DNA of 64,000 nucleotides from contig NC_058383.1 of assembly GCF_018350175.1 (NCBI RefSeq), positions 27,034,001 to 27,098,000 of the forward strand, read 5' to 3'. Numbering within the stretch: the first letter of the stretch is position 1; each line of letters opens with the position of its first letter. The position numbers and the translations under genes were made by a program. The notes beneath the pieces are model-generated. The model did no database searches, was not told the origin of the DNA, and saw nothing but the letters and a program-made list of their open reading frames with translations. Below, one piece after another: positions 50,899 through 64,000 of the stretch. Source of the DNA: Felis catus. Lineage: Eukaryota.

Positions 50899-51220
50899 TC
50901 AGACGCACCACAGAGTGGGGGCTGGCTGCGGGCCTCGCACGGCGCGGGGCACCATCTGTCACCACGTCAGTCACGGGACAAGCTCGGGAAGTTGGGTCAG
51001 TGGCCCCCACCGCACAGACGAGGAATCCGACCGTAGGGACGTTCCTTCCCCAGCCAGGGGCCTGCTTGGTGCAGGGCACTGTCCGCTCGTCCCTCCGGTT
51101 AGCACATGTTGCCAGAGCAGCGTCAGTTACTAGTCCACACATTCATGTGGTGCATTTAAAGCACCTCCTATGTGCAAGGCATTCACTCCTTCATTCATTC
51201 ATGTGATAAAGATGTATTCA

Positions 51221-51425
51221 GTGCTGCCTGGATGGCTCTGCCAGTCGAGCACCCCACTCTTGGTTTCAGCTCCACTCATCTCCCGGTTTGTGAGATCGAG
51301 TCCCACATCGGGCTCCGTGATGACAGGGCATAGCCTGCCTGGAACTCTCTCCTCCTCTCTCTCTCTCTGCTCCTCCCTGGCTTGCACACATACTCTCTCT
51401 CTTCAACATTAAATGTTTTTTCTTA
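51221..51425 (+). mobile_element. Diverged CAN-SINE in the last XYLT1 intron
   Basis: gcctggatggctc...gagatcgagtcccacatcgggctcc...ctctctctc body. Confidence 0.8.
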
Positions 51426-51570
51426 AGTGCCAAGCTCCACTCAGTGGTGGAGTGAACCAGGTAGTCAAGAAGATTACGACCCCGGGGAGGAACACTGATG
51501 GCGATAAATAAGCAAGGTCATTTCAATCAGCAATACGCAAAACGGGACTAAACTGGGTGTGACGGTAGAG

Positions 51571-51792
51571 CAAGGGGTTGGCGAGCTACAGCCCTTGGGC
51601 CAAATCTGGCCCACCGCGTATTGTTGTAAATAGAGTTTCAGGGGAACACAGCTATGCCTGTGCGCACCTCCTGTCTGCAGCTGCTTCTGTGCTACCACAG
51701 CACATGTGAGTACAGACCGAGACCGTAAGCGGCCCACAAGCCGAAAATATTTACTGTGTAGCCCTTTGCAGTAAAAGCTTGCAGCCCCGGGG
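51571..51792 (+). mobile_element. MER58A DNA transposon
   Basis: caaggggttggcgagctacagccc..gggccaaatctggccc...aagccgaaaatatttactgtgtagccctttgcagtaaaagcttgcagccccg matches MER58A. Confidence 0.85.
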
Positions 51793-52242
51793 TTAGAGAG
51801 TGACAAGCGCGTTTCTTTGGGATGAGAGGGGTGAGGCAGGCCTCTGTGAGGTGACAGCTGAGCTGAGTGCTGGTTAATGAGAAAGCAGCAGCCCCAGGTA
51901 GATGGCAGGAAAGAGCGTTCAGAGCAGAGGCAACAGTGAGCACAAAGCCTCATTAAGTGCCTTTCTGCAAATCACAGACGTAACGAGAGGCGGGGCGGAG
52001 GTTTGAACCCACGTCTGTCGACCTCAGCTGTCTCTCAGGACAGCCCTGCTTTGCTGAACAGCAGCGCTTCATGCATGAGTGCGAAGACAGCAGTCAGGGG
52101 GTCCGGGTCTGAATCCCCACGGCCCACACACTTGGGGTGTGGATTCTGATACCGACACTGGGCACCTGGTTTCCTTGACCTAGAACCTTTTGTGATGGTT
52201 AGAAGGGTTGACTTCTTTTTAAGTGCTTAAAAAGACACCTGG

Positions 52243-53120
52243 TGTTAGGATCCCAAATATAGAAAGAACTTGTACAACTCAACACCAAAAAACCCCCAAA
52301 TAATCCAACTAGAAATCGGCAGAAGACATCCAGAGGGCCAACGGACACATGAAAAGATGCTCATCATCAGTCATTCTTGGAGAAATGCAAATCAAAACCA
52401 CAATGAGGTATCACCTCACACCTGTCAGAATGAGGACTATAACACACGCACGTGTTGCTGGGGACGTGGAGGAAAAAGAAGCCTCATGTGCTTCTGGTGG
52501 GGACGCAAGCTAGTGCAGCCACTGTCACAAACAGTATAGAGGTTCCTCAAAAAGTTAAAAATAGAACTGTCCTCCAATCCAGCACTCACACTACTAGATA
52601 TTTACCCAGAGAATATGAAAGCACTGATTTGAAAACACACATGCACCCCTATGTTTATTGCAGCATTATTTACAATAGCCACATTATGCAAGCAGCCCAA
52701 GTACTGCTTTATCCATAAAGATAAAGAAGGTAACTTATGTACAGTGGTATTTATGCAGTGGAATATTAGTCACAGAGAAGAATGAAATCTTGCCATTGGC
52801 AACAACACGGATGGAACTAGAGGGTATAATGCTAAGTGAAATAAGTCAGAGAAAGATAAATACCATACGATTTCCCTCCTGGGTGGAATTTAAGAGACAA
52901 GAAGGAAAAAAGAGAAACCAAAAAACCAGACTCAACTGCAGAGAACATACTGGTGGTTACCAGAGGTGAGGTGGGTGGGGGATGGTAAACTAGGTGAGGA
53001 TTAGGAGTTGCCTATCGAGATGAGCACTGGGTAAGGTACAGATTTGTTGAATCACTACCTGTGCACCTGAAACTATAGAATACCACATGTTAATTATAAT
53101 GGACTTAAAATTAAACGAGA
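52243..53120 (+). mobile_element. 5'-truncated carnivore L1 (ORF2 end and 3' UTR)
   Basis: aaatgcaaatcaaaaccacaatgaggtatcacctcacacc, ggaactagagggtataatgctaagtgaaataagtcagag and gatgagcactggg motifs. Confidence 0.88.
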
Positions 53121-56100
53121 CAAAATCTGGTGCACACACACGCACACAAGCCATGCCAGGCCTGTACTAAGTGCTTGAAGAAGTTTAGCTAGGGTTACTG
53201 TGGCTGGTGTTTTTAGGACACAATCCTCCTACACTCACACAGTCACAGGACCGGTGTTATCAACCCCATTTTACAGATGGGGACACAGGTGGCTATTGTG
53301 TGAGACAGATCAGGGGTTCAATCCAGGACTGGCTGGTTCCAAAGCTTGTCATCATGACACTATTTGCAGGCACATCCAACCAACTGGAAGCTTTAAGACT
53401 GGTTTTAAGTTTTTAAATTTTATTTTCATCTGGAAGCCAGTCTTTCAAAGACTTGGTTTCCCCATCTGTAAACTGGATACTCATTCCTGGTACCAGATTG
53501 ACCCCGAGGGCTGGCAAGAGGCTCGGGTAAAGGTTCATATGCTCTGTAAACAGTAAAGGAACACTCAGAGAGGAGGCTGTGTGGCTCCTTCCCAGGGTTT
53601 CAAGATGGGGGAAGCAGAAAGTGCACGTTTGGGCTGAAGGAAAGCCAAGATACTTCTATTTTGGAGAGGTTCTCTCTTATTGCCTACTCTATTGCCAAAT
53701 ACAAGAACAGGTTTTTAAAACACACGGGCCAGTGGTTCTGGGGAGTTGTGTTTTAGCAAATCAGCTCTTGCCCTGGCTGAGATAGCCAGGGTTCTAAGAA
53801 ATGTCCTTATAGGACAGTGTGGCATTCAGAAAACGTTTTCTGTTCGCTTGGCAGTGGCTGTCACCCTCACTGGCAACCAGGAGAGCTCAGATAATCCACA
53901 GACTGTTTTCTAGTATGTGGTCCATGAGTGAGGTTCACGAAGGGGGAAGAAATACCATACACCTGCCAATAGTGGCATTCACAACATGCCTTGACTACAG
54001 ACAAGAAAATCAATCCCTCCCTCCCTTCCCTCCTTCCCCTCTCGGTCCCTCCCCTTCCCAGAAGCAGAGGGGCTGGGCTCCAAGGGTAACAGGTACAAGA
54101 AGGGGCATGAGCCTGCATGAACATATATCCCGGCTTGCTGTGATTTAGCTGACTTAGGTAGGACCTAACGTGTTTATAAATCTGGCAGACAGGGCGGGTA
54201 GCTCCTGAACCATCTGCCCAAGAACAAAACCTGTTCTCTCTCCAGCAGGTCCTGATCTGACCACCAGAGCCTCTCCATGCCTCCACATCTGCAGAGCTGG
54301 TGGTGGGGAGATCCCTGAACTGACAAAAGGCAGGGCATGCAAAGTGAAAAGAGCAGCTAACAGACATCTGAACGCTGGGAACCCAGTATTATGGGTGATG
54401 CAGAAAACCCTGATGAAAAACGAGGTTAATGTGGGGAAATGCTATCACAGCATTAGCCCGTGATGCTTGCCTCTATAATTAAATTTTCCTCAATTCCACC
54501 TCATCAGATTTCTCGAGATTACCAGGGACGCATCAATAGCAAATTACTCCTGATGAATCATTTTACAAACTGCATTGCTCCCACCTTTGTGTCCCCTGCC
54601 ACTGGAACATCATTAATAGACACAAATGCTGATGTGGGGGTGGGGGGGTGGGGGTCAGCTCCCAGTGGGGTACAATGACCCCTGGCTATTCCTGGGCAGT
54701 GTTACAAGAGCCTTGCCATCCTCAGAAACTCTAAGGAGGAAAAACTGGAAAAATCAGGACCCAGTTAAAGGCCCCAGGCTATTTTACTGGGGTGAGGAGG
54801 TAGATTCAGGACCCCTCCTTTGTTATATCCGACAGGTGTATGTGGAGCAAAGAGGACAACACTATTTCTATCCCTCTCTTCTGCATCTTTCTTGGGGAAC
54901 TCTCAGGGTTGCTAAAGATGTGAACCTAATCAAGAGGTCACTTGAGGGCCCTCAGTGGGTCGGCTCTGGCCCAGCTAGTTCTGGATGTGTTCTTTTGCCT
55001 GCTTCCCAGGGGAGCTGGGAGGATCAGATTTCCTTCTCCAGAAAATACGAGGCCTGGATCTTTCTGCTTGCTCAGCACAGAAACTTAGCAGAGGCCCACA
55101 CAAGTTCACTTCAACACCCCCTTGTTAGGATTCCAGGCAACCCCTCCCCATGTCTATGTCCCCCTCTCCTTGTGTCACCAGCTAAATGGCACCCAGCCCA
55201 GAACTGAGAGTTTAGCTAACCAGAGGCTGGAGTGCGTTTTTGGCTTCTGGGTTTCTGATCTGTTAGATATAGCCCAACAATTTCAAATACAGAGAGATCC
55301 AGAAATCCTGTTTCTAAGAATCTATTTTATAGATGTATCTGCATGGGCATAGACAATTTCAAGAATCTTTGCAGCGTTACCTGTAACCCCACCACGACCG
55401 AAAGAAACTGTATGTCCACTCAGGGGATGAAAGATAGATTGTGGGTCTTTCTCCCAGTGGAATACGAGGCAGCTAGTAGCTTTATATATATTGACTCGTT
55501 AAGTCCAAAGAGAAGTTTCACCCCAAAATGTATCACTCCATTTTCAAACACCAGCAGTGTGTGTGTGACTTATTTTGTGTGTTGATGCTTTAGAAGCCTT
55601 GAGAAACCTCTAGAAGGATGAACACCAAAGTGTTGGCAGTGGTTACTCTGGGAGGTAGGACTGAGCAGGGAGGAAGATGTTCCCAGTGATCAAAGGGGGA
55701 GGAGGAAAGGACAGAAAAATAAAAGTAAACTCTCTGGGTAAGAAAAGAAAAAGAAGGTGGCACGTTAAGAGTCTGACATCCCTCTCTGTGCTCAGCAGGA
55801 ACCACTGTCCTGATTTCCTATTAACAACTCGTTTTCTCACAGCTTTTTATGGACAGAGAATCCTGAAATAACGTAGTGGTGGCTTGGCTTGCTTTTGAAC
55901 TTTAAATGTATGCGCTCTAATTATGACTCTTCTGTGATATTTTCCTCTCAACATTGTGTTGTAGAGACTCATCCAGATCAATGCATGGCACGGAGCTCCG
56001 CTGTCTGAACAGACCCCGCAGTGTTCATACATCTGAATGAGGGCATCTGGACTGCTTCCGGTTTGGTGCCATTATGAACAATTCTGCTCTACTTCTGCAC

Positions 56101-56448
56101 ACATCTGTAGGGCATACACCTCAGGCTGGGATTTCTGGGCAGTAGGAGGTGTGTGTTCAGCTTTGGTAGGAGATGCTATGCCATTTTCTAAACCCGTTTT
56201 ATCACTTTGCCCCATCCCCCGCCCCGTGCCAACGCTACATGGGAAGCCATTATTCTCCAATCCTCCATCATATGATATTGTCTAACCTTCGAACATTTCA
56301 CAACATAGTGGCATGAAATCGGATCTCTTTTTGCTTTTAATTTGCATTGCTCTCATTATTCATGAGGCTGAGCATCTTTTCATATGTGTGTGGGCCATTT
56401 ATGCCCTGTCTTTTTTTTTTCCCCTTTCTTTCTCCTTTCTCCTTTGTA

Positions 56449-56660
56449 GCAAAGGCCAGCAATCCTTTTCTGTAAAGGGCCAGATAGTCGGTTGTTTTGG
56501 ATTTGTGGGCCATGCAATCTGTCAAAATTACTCAGTGCTGCCACTGTAGTCCCAAGGAAACCATAAACAATATGTAAATAAATGGGTGTGGCTGTGTCCC
56601 AATAAAACTTTACTTAAAAAAGAGGGAGCGGGCCAGATTCGGCCCCTGGCTTGTAGTTTG
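56449..56660 (-). mobile_element. MER58A DNA transposon inserted in an old L1M fragment (~55900-56770)
   Basis: ttttctgtaaagggccagatagt...atgggtgtggctgtgtcccaataaaacttta...gggccagattcggccc is the reverse complement of MER58A. Confidence 0.85.
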
Positions 56661-57099
56661 ATTTATGGGATTTCTTTATATATTGTGAATGTATTTTTTT
56701 TTTTATGTGTAGCAAATATTTTCTTACTAGTCTTTTCATCTAGTGTATCATATTTTTGATGGAAAGAATTTCCTATTTTAATTACTATTTTTAAAACAGT
56801 AAGATTTGCCAAAACTCACTATCTGCCTGGGTTTATTTCCCATCTTGTTTTAAATATAATCAGGGCTCTCTGGAAGTCCAATGGGAGAGCATCTAATAAT
56901 TAGGTACCTAATACACAGATGACATCATCTCAGTGTGCGGGTAGAAAATTAGAAGGCTCTCTTTGCAAACAAGCAGGGAAAAATGCTGAGCAGAGAGCAC
57001 TGTTGTCTGAGGCAGCCCACATGCCCCCCACCTGCAATGCCTGAGGGAGAAGACCCGGGAGGCGCCCAGGATGGGTTATTTCCACCCCCAGAGACACTA

Positions 57100-57474
<375 letters not shown>

Positions 57475-59601
57475 TCACTGAGCCGGATTTAGGATACAGG
57501 GTCCCAGAGAGGCCTACGATCCTGCTTGTTGGGCTACATACACCCATTTTACAGATGAGGAAATGGAAGCTCTCAGGAGGTCACCTGCTCAAGACTGCAA
57601 AAGTGGTAGGAAGCAGAAGATTTGAGATTTGGACCCAGTCTGTGGTCTGTTCATTAAACCACTAGGCCTCCTGGGCCTCATACAGCATTTGACACTTGGA
57701 AAGAAAACACACAACATGCACTGAATCAATCAATGCCTGCTGGCAGGCCATCCCGAGGACACATACCCCCACTGCTCGGCAGGTGCGGGCGGTTTCCACT
57801 TTGGTTCTCCGTCTTCTAGATCAGGCACCTCCATCTAGTATGACATTCTGAACATGAAGGGAGCTCAGGTTTCTGAGCTGCTCTATCACAAGCTGGGAAA
57901 AAGGAGGGTCCCTCAGCCTCGCTTATTGCTGGCAGTTCACATGGCTCTCCTGGGAAGACCTCCCTAACGCACTCAGAGCTAGACCTTAGGGGTGGGAGGT
58001 GGCTGTGACACCCACCCTTCCTGCCAGCGAGCTGGTGTCTGTGTGGCTCTGACTGGCAGGGGCCTGCTCTTGGCTTCCCTCCTAACACTTGAGTCGCCTG
58101 CAGTTTGTTCTTCAGCCAAAGTGGCCAGGAAGAGCCTCTGAACTGTCCTCTCGCTGCTGCTCAGTGCCCCTGTGGCTTGCTTCACTGTGCTTTCCTGGTG
58201 CCTAGCACCATGCCTGGTGCACAGCAGGTGTCCGTGTCTGGTTATTATCTGTCACATCACTGAGTGAGTGACGTCGCAAAGAAATGAATGGACTACACAG
58301 ATCCCTGATACTGAGCTGTTACTATTTCAAACCAATTTAAACGAGGGGTCTTCTGCTCCCCCAGGAGATTTAATTTCATGTTTTTGAAGATACAGCATGT
58401 GGGCAATGTTGTCAGCACATAATGAGCACACTCTAAGGCTTGCCTGTTTCTGTGGTCTTTCCATGACCAGCATCTCCAAGGTGTGCTTGCGGGTTGGGGT
58501 ACAGGCGCACGAGAAGGTGCACCAACACCCCAAGAAGATGCCTCATGTACAGGAGCTGGCTTACTTGCTTGTTCTTGCCACTGGTTGCTGCGTCTGGTCT
58601 TTCTCTTAGACCCAGAGCGCCGTGGCTCATGCTTCCCAAGAGCTTACCATGGGACTGGCTTAACGCTGAGCGCTCCAGTGCACCCACTTGTTTGACCCTC
58701 TCCGCTCTGTGAAGGGGAGACACCATCATTATCCTCGTTTTACAGATGAGAAAACCGGGGCTCAGGGCACTGAGGTCACTTGCTGTGGTCAGTGAGGGGC
58801 AGAGCCAACAAGGAGACCCGGGAAGTCCAACCCCAGAGGCTGTGTTCTAGTCCACTCCTGTGTTGCTGACCATTCATTCACTTGCTCGTTCACAAGTTCA
58901 CTCACACAGACGTGCCAGACGCCTACTGTCTGCCAGGGATGCACGCTCCCACAGCCTGTTCCAGGTTCCCATGTTTACACAAGAGCCTAAGGACTGGGAC
59001 CGAGGAGCTGTCCTAAGGGCAGCGGAGGTAGGGATGGCTGTGGCACTTCGGCAGGGGTGGCCGGCCCTCCCCGATCGATGATAATGCGGCATCCGCTGCC
59101 ACCGTGTGGATCAGCTCCCCCTGAGGACCCTGGTGCTGGCACAGTGGCTGGAACACAGCAGGAAGCAAACAGCTACCATTAGCTGAAGAAATGAATGAAT
59201 GAGCGCGCAGGATTCCAGATAGCCTCCACATCTCGGAGAGTTTTCTCAAGAAATGCAGTCCTGTTACGTCCCCTACATCCAACCCTTGCTGGTCTCAAGT
59301 CCAGTCTCTCATCCCCATCCTGCGAGGTCTCGTCCCTTTCTGTCTGGCTTCATCTCCGCCCCCCAGCCTCCCTCCCACTCACCCCTGCTCCAGGACACCT
59401 GGATGTCTCGGCGCCTCTGTGAGGAGGGCTCTCTCTCATCTCTGACCTTTTCTTTCTTCCTGGCCCTCTGGCTGGAACAGTCTTCCTTCCTTTCCCCACC
59501 GTCCTCCTGCCCAGACCACACTCCCCACGGAGAGCTCAGCCAAGGCATCAGCTCTACTAAGAAGCCTTCCCAGTTAGAGGCACCACCCTGGTGCTTCTCT
59601 A

Positions 59602-59807
59602 GTCTCTTTTTATAAAGGTGTTTATTTTTGAGAGAGAAAGAGCATGAGCAGAGGAAGGGGGAGGACACAGAGAGAGGGGACAGAGGATCTGAAGTGGGCT
59701 CTGTGCTGACAGGAGAGAGCTCAATGCAGCGCTTGAACTCAGGAGCCATGAGACCTTGACCCGAGGGGAAGTCGGATGCTTAACCGACTGAGCCACCCAG
59801 GCGCCCC
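59602..59807 (-). mobile_element. SINEC_Fc in XYLT1 intron
   Basis: gtcggatgcttaaccgactgagccacccaggcgcccc; TSD-like ggtgcttctcta at 59590-59601 and 59814-59825. Confidence 0.93.
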
Positions 59808-60017
59808 GAGGTGGGTGCTTCTCTAAGTGTTTGCCCCTCTCAGTTTTGGGGTTTTTTTTTTTTTTTGCACAGTTTTACAACTTTTAATTTATGTGTCTCC
59901 TTCCTGAGCTCTGGACTGCCAACTCCATGAGGAGAGTGGCTGTGTCTGGCCTGTTCACCAATGTATCGCTGGTGCCTAAAGCAGTACTGAGCACATGGTG
60001 GTGCTCATCTGACTTTC

Positions 60018-60056
60018 TCCATCCATCCATCCATCCATCCATCCATCCATCCATCC
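60018..60056 (+). repeat. (CCAT)n microsatellite
   Basis: Tandem ccat units. Confidence 0.95.
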
Positions 60057-62584
60057 TCTATTCATGAATAATTAGGGGCCAAGCACACGGACATCCCTAT
60101 GCACCAGGCCCTCCACATGCTGGCTTTCCCACAGACACTAACAAATGGAGGACTGGTCACAAACTTATTGGGGTCCTACTTAAGGAAGAGCTTTGTGACC
60201 ATTTAAGGCAGTGTGGGGACACTCCAGACCAGTGTCCTTGGATTCCCCAAAGAAAGGGGGATGACCAATTCTCTTAAGTCTGAGCTCTAAAACCAAGATA
60301 GTCCAGATAGAAGATCTGTAGAGCAGCTGTCAGTGGAGAAGTGGATCTCATTTCCAATCCTGGAAGAGTGGGCAGAAGCCTGGCTGCCTCCCCCAAGCAC
60401 GAGCAGGGCTGCCTGAGATGGCACCCCACTGCTGTCACAACCTCTGGGGCTTCAAGATCTTTTCACAGACTCACCGTGCAAGCCCATAAACGCTTACTAC
60501 ACAGTGATTACTACTCAAATTTAAGTGCCTGTTCAAGTTCAACATATGGCTCCCCAACTTCAAACCCACTAAAAACTTCTCACTGCATTTCAAATACAAT
60601 CTGAGCTTTCCTTCCACGGCCTTCAAGCCCCCCTCATGATCTGTCCCATTCCCTCTGAGACCTCCCTTCTACCACTCTCCCTCTCACGGTGCTCTGGCCA
60701 CACTGGCCTTGCTGCTCCCTGAGTGTGCCAAGCTCCTTCCTGGAGGCCCAGGGCCTTTGCACATGCTCTTCTCTCTGTTTGGAATGCTATAGGTCTCCCA
60801 GTGGATGGTTCTTTTTTACAGGATTCTGCTCTGCAGTAATCTCCTTAGGAAAGCTTTCCTGAATGAACCATCCCACTGGAAGTAGTCCCCATCAGCTTCT
60901 TCAGTCCTCAGCAAGGACAGGAATGAAGTTTTATGTTCTTTAGCTGAAATGTTTTTCTTCACTTATTTGCTCACTCACAGGCTGCCTTACCACCTGACTA
61001 TAATTCCATGACAAGAGCCTGTCTAGATCACCGTGGTCTCTCTGCACCTAGTACACTGTAGCCACTTGGTGACTGTCTGTAAAGCAATGAGCATCTTTTC
61101 TGCCAGCCACCAGCATGGCACTCCCATGGGATGGAGAAGTCCCTCTGATGGCCCAACAATGGCCACCTGCTCTGAGCCAGGCCCTGCGCAGAGTCCTGGG
61201 GCTGTGCTGCCACAAGGCGGGGGGGGGGGGGCATTCCCTACACTTCTTTCCTTTCTTTTTACCAATTTTATACTGTTTGCCTTATAAATTATTAGGAATT
61301 CAGAAAAAAATTCAAAATACAAAATCCAGGACCCCCTGCATCACACGCTGTTGCTCTGCCAGGGGTCTTGGTGGTTCTCACATCAAAGTTACCAGCCCTA
61401 TGGTAGGAAGCCTCACAAATCACTAGCCATTGAGTGGCCAACCTCATTTGTCACCGCCAGAAGTGCCCAGTTACCCACTGGCAGGCTGATAAACAGGGAG
61501 AGCCCAGCCACCAGGCATCCGTCTCGTTAATGGGACGTTAATGTCTTCAGTTGGCCGCCTGGGGCCCCCAGCGCAGGATCCAACTGGGGCAGTGTCTAAT
61601 GGCCCCCTGATGCTGGTAATTTATGGAGTCGACTTCCATGGCAGCTTGAATCCAGCCAATCCATTTGGATCCTTAATTGAGAATGGTGGCTTAACAAGAA
61701 ACCCCATGCAGTAGGGCACAGCTCGGCCAGGTAGGCCACAGGCGGCTGGTGAGGGACCGGCAGGGACATATAAGCAGGTGGGATCCTTCCTGCCCAGCCC
61801 CGCCCACTCCCAGCTTTTCAAGATACTCCCTATTCTAAAACTAGACTCTTCGTAGTTAACCCAGCAGCCCAGCTCACTGGGACTGCTCAACTCCAGAGAT
61901 GCATCACCTTCTCTGGCTCCTTGCTGATATGGGGAAGGCAGAAATCCGGTGCTGGAGTTTTGTGTGGGTGACCCTCACCATGCTGGATCATGCTTCCTTT
62001 CCTCCGGCATCCCCCACCCAAGTGGACATACTCCTTCATTCAGAAATCGTATTCAGCACCTACAGATGCTGAGGACAGGGAACACAGCCCCAGCTTTCTC
62101 GAGGACGATCAGCAAGTGATCAGAGAAACCAACAAGATGATGTTTAAATGGTAAGCGCTAAGAAAAGAAAACAATAAAATAGGTACATGTCAAGTGGAGA
62201 ATTTGCTCTTGTGGCATATGTAGGTGGGAGGGAAGGCTTCTCTGATGGTTCACCATTGGGATGCAGATCAGAATGACAAAAAAAAAGCTATGTGAAAACC
62301 TGGGGGAAAGTATTCTAGGCCGGAAGATGAGAATCTGCCAAGCTGGAGGCAGGAACAAGCTTGGCATGTGTGACAACAACACAAGAAGTGTGAGTGGGGA
62401 GGAGAGTGGTAACAAATGAGGCTGGATACATAGAGGCCAGACTGGGTCTGCAGGTATGGCTGATGTTATAAGGGTGGTGCTGGGCAAAAAAACAAAAACA
62501 AAAAACAAAATAAAAACTAAAAATGCATCCCATGGATTCATGTACCCACACACCTGTCTGTCTGTCTATCCAGTGGTCTACCTG

Positions 62585-62742
62585 CCCACCCATCCACCCA
62601 CCCATCCATCCACCCACTCACCCATCTATCTATCCATCCATCCATCCATGTATCAATTTATCTGTCCATCCATGTATCTATCCATGTATCCATCCATCCA
62701 TCCATCCATCCATCCATCCATCCATCCATCCATCCACTCATT
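62585..62742 (+). repeat. Degenerate (CCAT/CCAC)n low-complexity repeat
   Basis: Mixed ccat, ccac and ctat tetramers. Confidence 0.9.
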
Positions 62743-63208
62743 CAATGGCTGATTTGAATAAAACCCTGTGCTAGGAATTGGGGAGACAGAAACACCATTA
62801 AGCATGAGATACGTGGGCAGAGATACCTGGGCTCAGTTTGGAGCTCTACCACTTCCTAGCTAAGATCCAGAAAGTTCTTGGCCCTCCAGAGGCCTCAGTT
62901 TTCCAGTCTGTAAAAGGAGACTAATGCCATCACTTCATTACGATACTGGTTTGTTCCGTCTATTGCTAATACAGGTTTAGGAGGAGTCACTGGGTAGGAT
63001 AAAAAATTAAGAGGATTCTACTGTTAAAAAACACAGACCAAGGCTTCAGGTCAGTTTGGACCACTGAGAGCGGCCACACACTCTGTCTCTCTCCCTCCTC
63101 CCGTTTAAGATGCCAGTTCCCGTGCACTGGAAGATCTGCAGGTATGGGGTTAGCTATCGTCTGGACTCTCCAACTCCCCTTCTCTTCCATCTCCATCCTC
63201 AAATGTCA

Positions 63209-63484
<276 letters not shown>

Positions 63485-64000
63485 TTACGTGGGCTCATGT
63501 GGTAGGGCCAGAGGTGTGTGGGCTCACAACGGAGCGCGCTACCCATCATACCGGGGCCGTTCCAAAAACAGGCCCCGTTTTACACAGCGCAGACCATGGT
63601 CCTTTGCACCCTCCTGAAAGCTGCTCCCTGTGTATCTCAGGTCCCAACAACTATAAATGACTTCTTGGCTGTTTATAAATGTAAAACATGCTGACTGAAC
63701 AAAAGCACAATAAAGAAAATAAACATTATTACTTTTGATGCTTCTTCCCATGGAGGATGTCAGTTCACAGTTATTTATTGATCCTCTGGTGCTAGGTACC
63801 AGAAAGTGACAACAGTATGCCAACGGTGCCATATTGATGTCTTTCCCTTCAGCCTTATTTTCTATGCATATATTTGCATATATCTTACATATTTGGGATC
63901 ATAATATACCTTCTGCTTATATTCTGCTTTTGCTTCATAGTATTGCCCAAGCATTATCTCATGTCTTTGAAAAGTCTCTGAAAACATGATTTTTGTCTGA

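Noticed and set aside
54626..55207. 193-aa plus-strand ORF in an XYLT1 intron
   Set aside because: No recognisable homology or domain; antisense intronic chance ORF.

Overview
Eukaryotic, felid-type genomic DNA (cat family inferred from SINEC_Fc-type CAN-SINEs and L1_Fc-like LINEs). The right part holds the last three coding exons of XYLT1 (xylosyltransferase 1) on the minus strand (63272-63467, 57111-57444, 50551-50873) and a ~5 kb 3' UTR ending near 45.4-45.8 kb. The left part is intergenic. It holds a degenerate processed pseudogene of CDK11 (PITSLRE; ~5890-7945, + strand) whose kinase half has become a strongly GC/CpG-rich island, several solo LTRs (ERV1-like, MLT1, MLT2), old DNA transposons, many SINEs with target-site duplications, and a ~16 kb nested L1 cluster (28.3-44.3 kb). 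I found no new multi-gene system, CRISPR array or RNA gene. The most notable observations are the AT-to-GC-driven CDK11 retrocopy, a recent 133-bp templated copy of an ancient LTR segment, an L1 with tandem 5' modules, and a probable micro 3' transduction. Gene and repeat family names come from recalled sequences, not from database searches.
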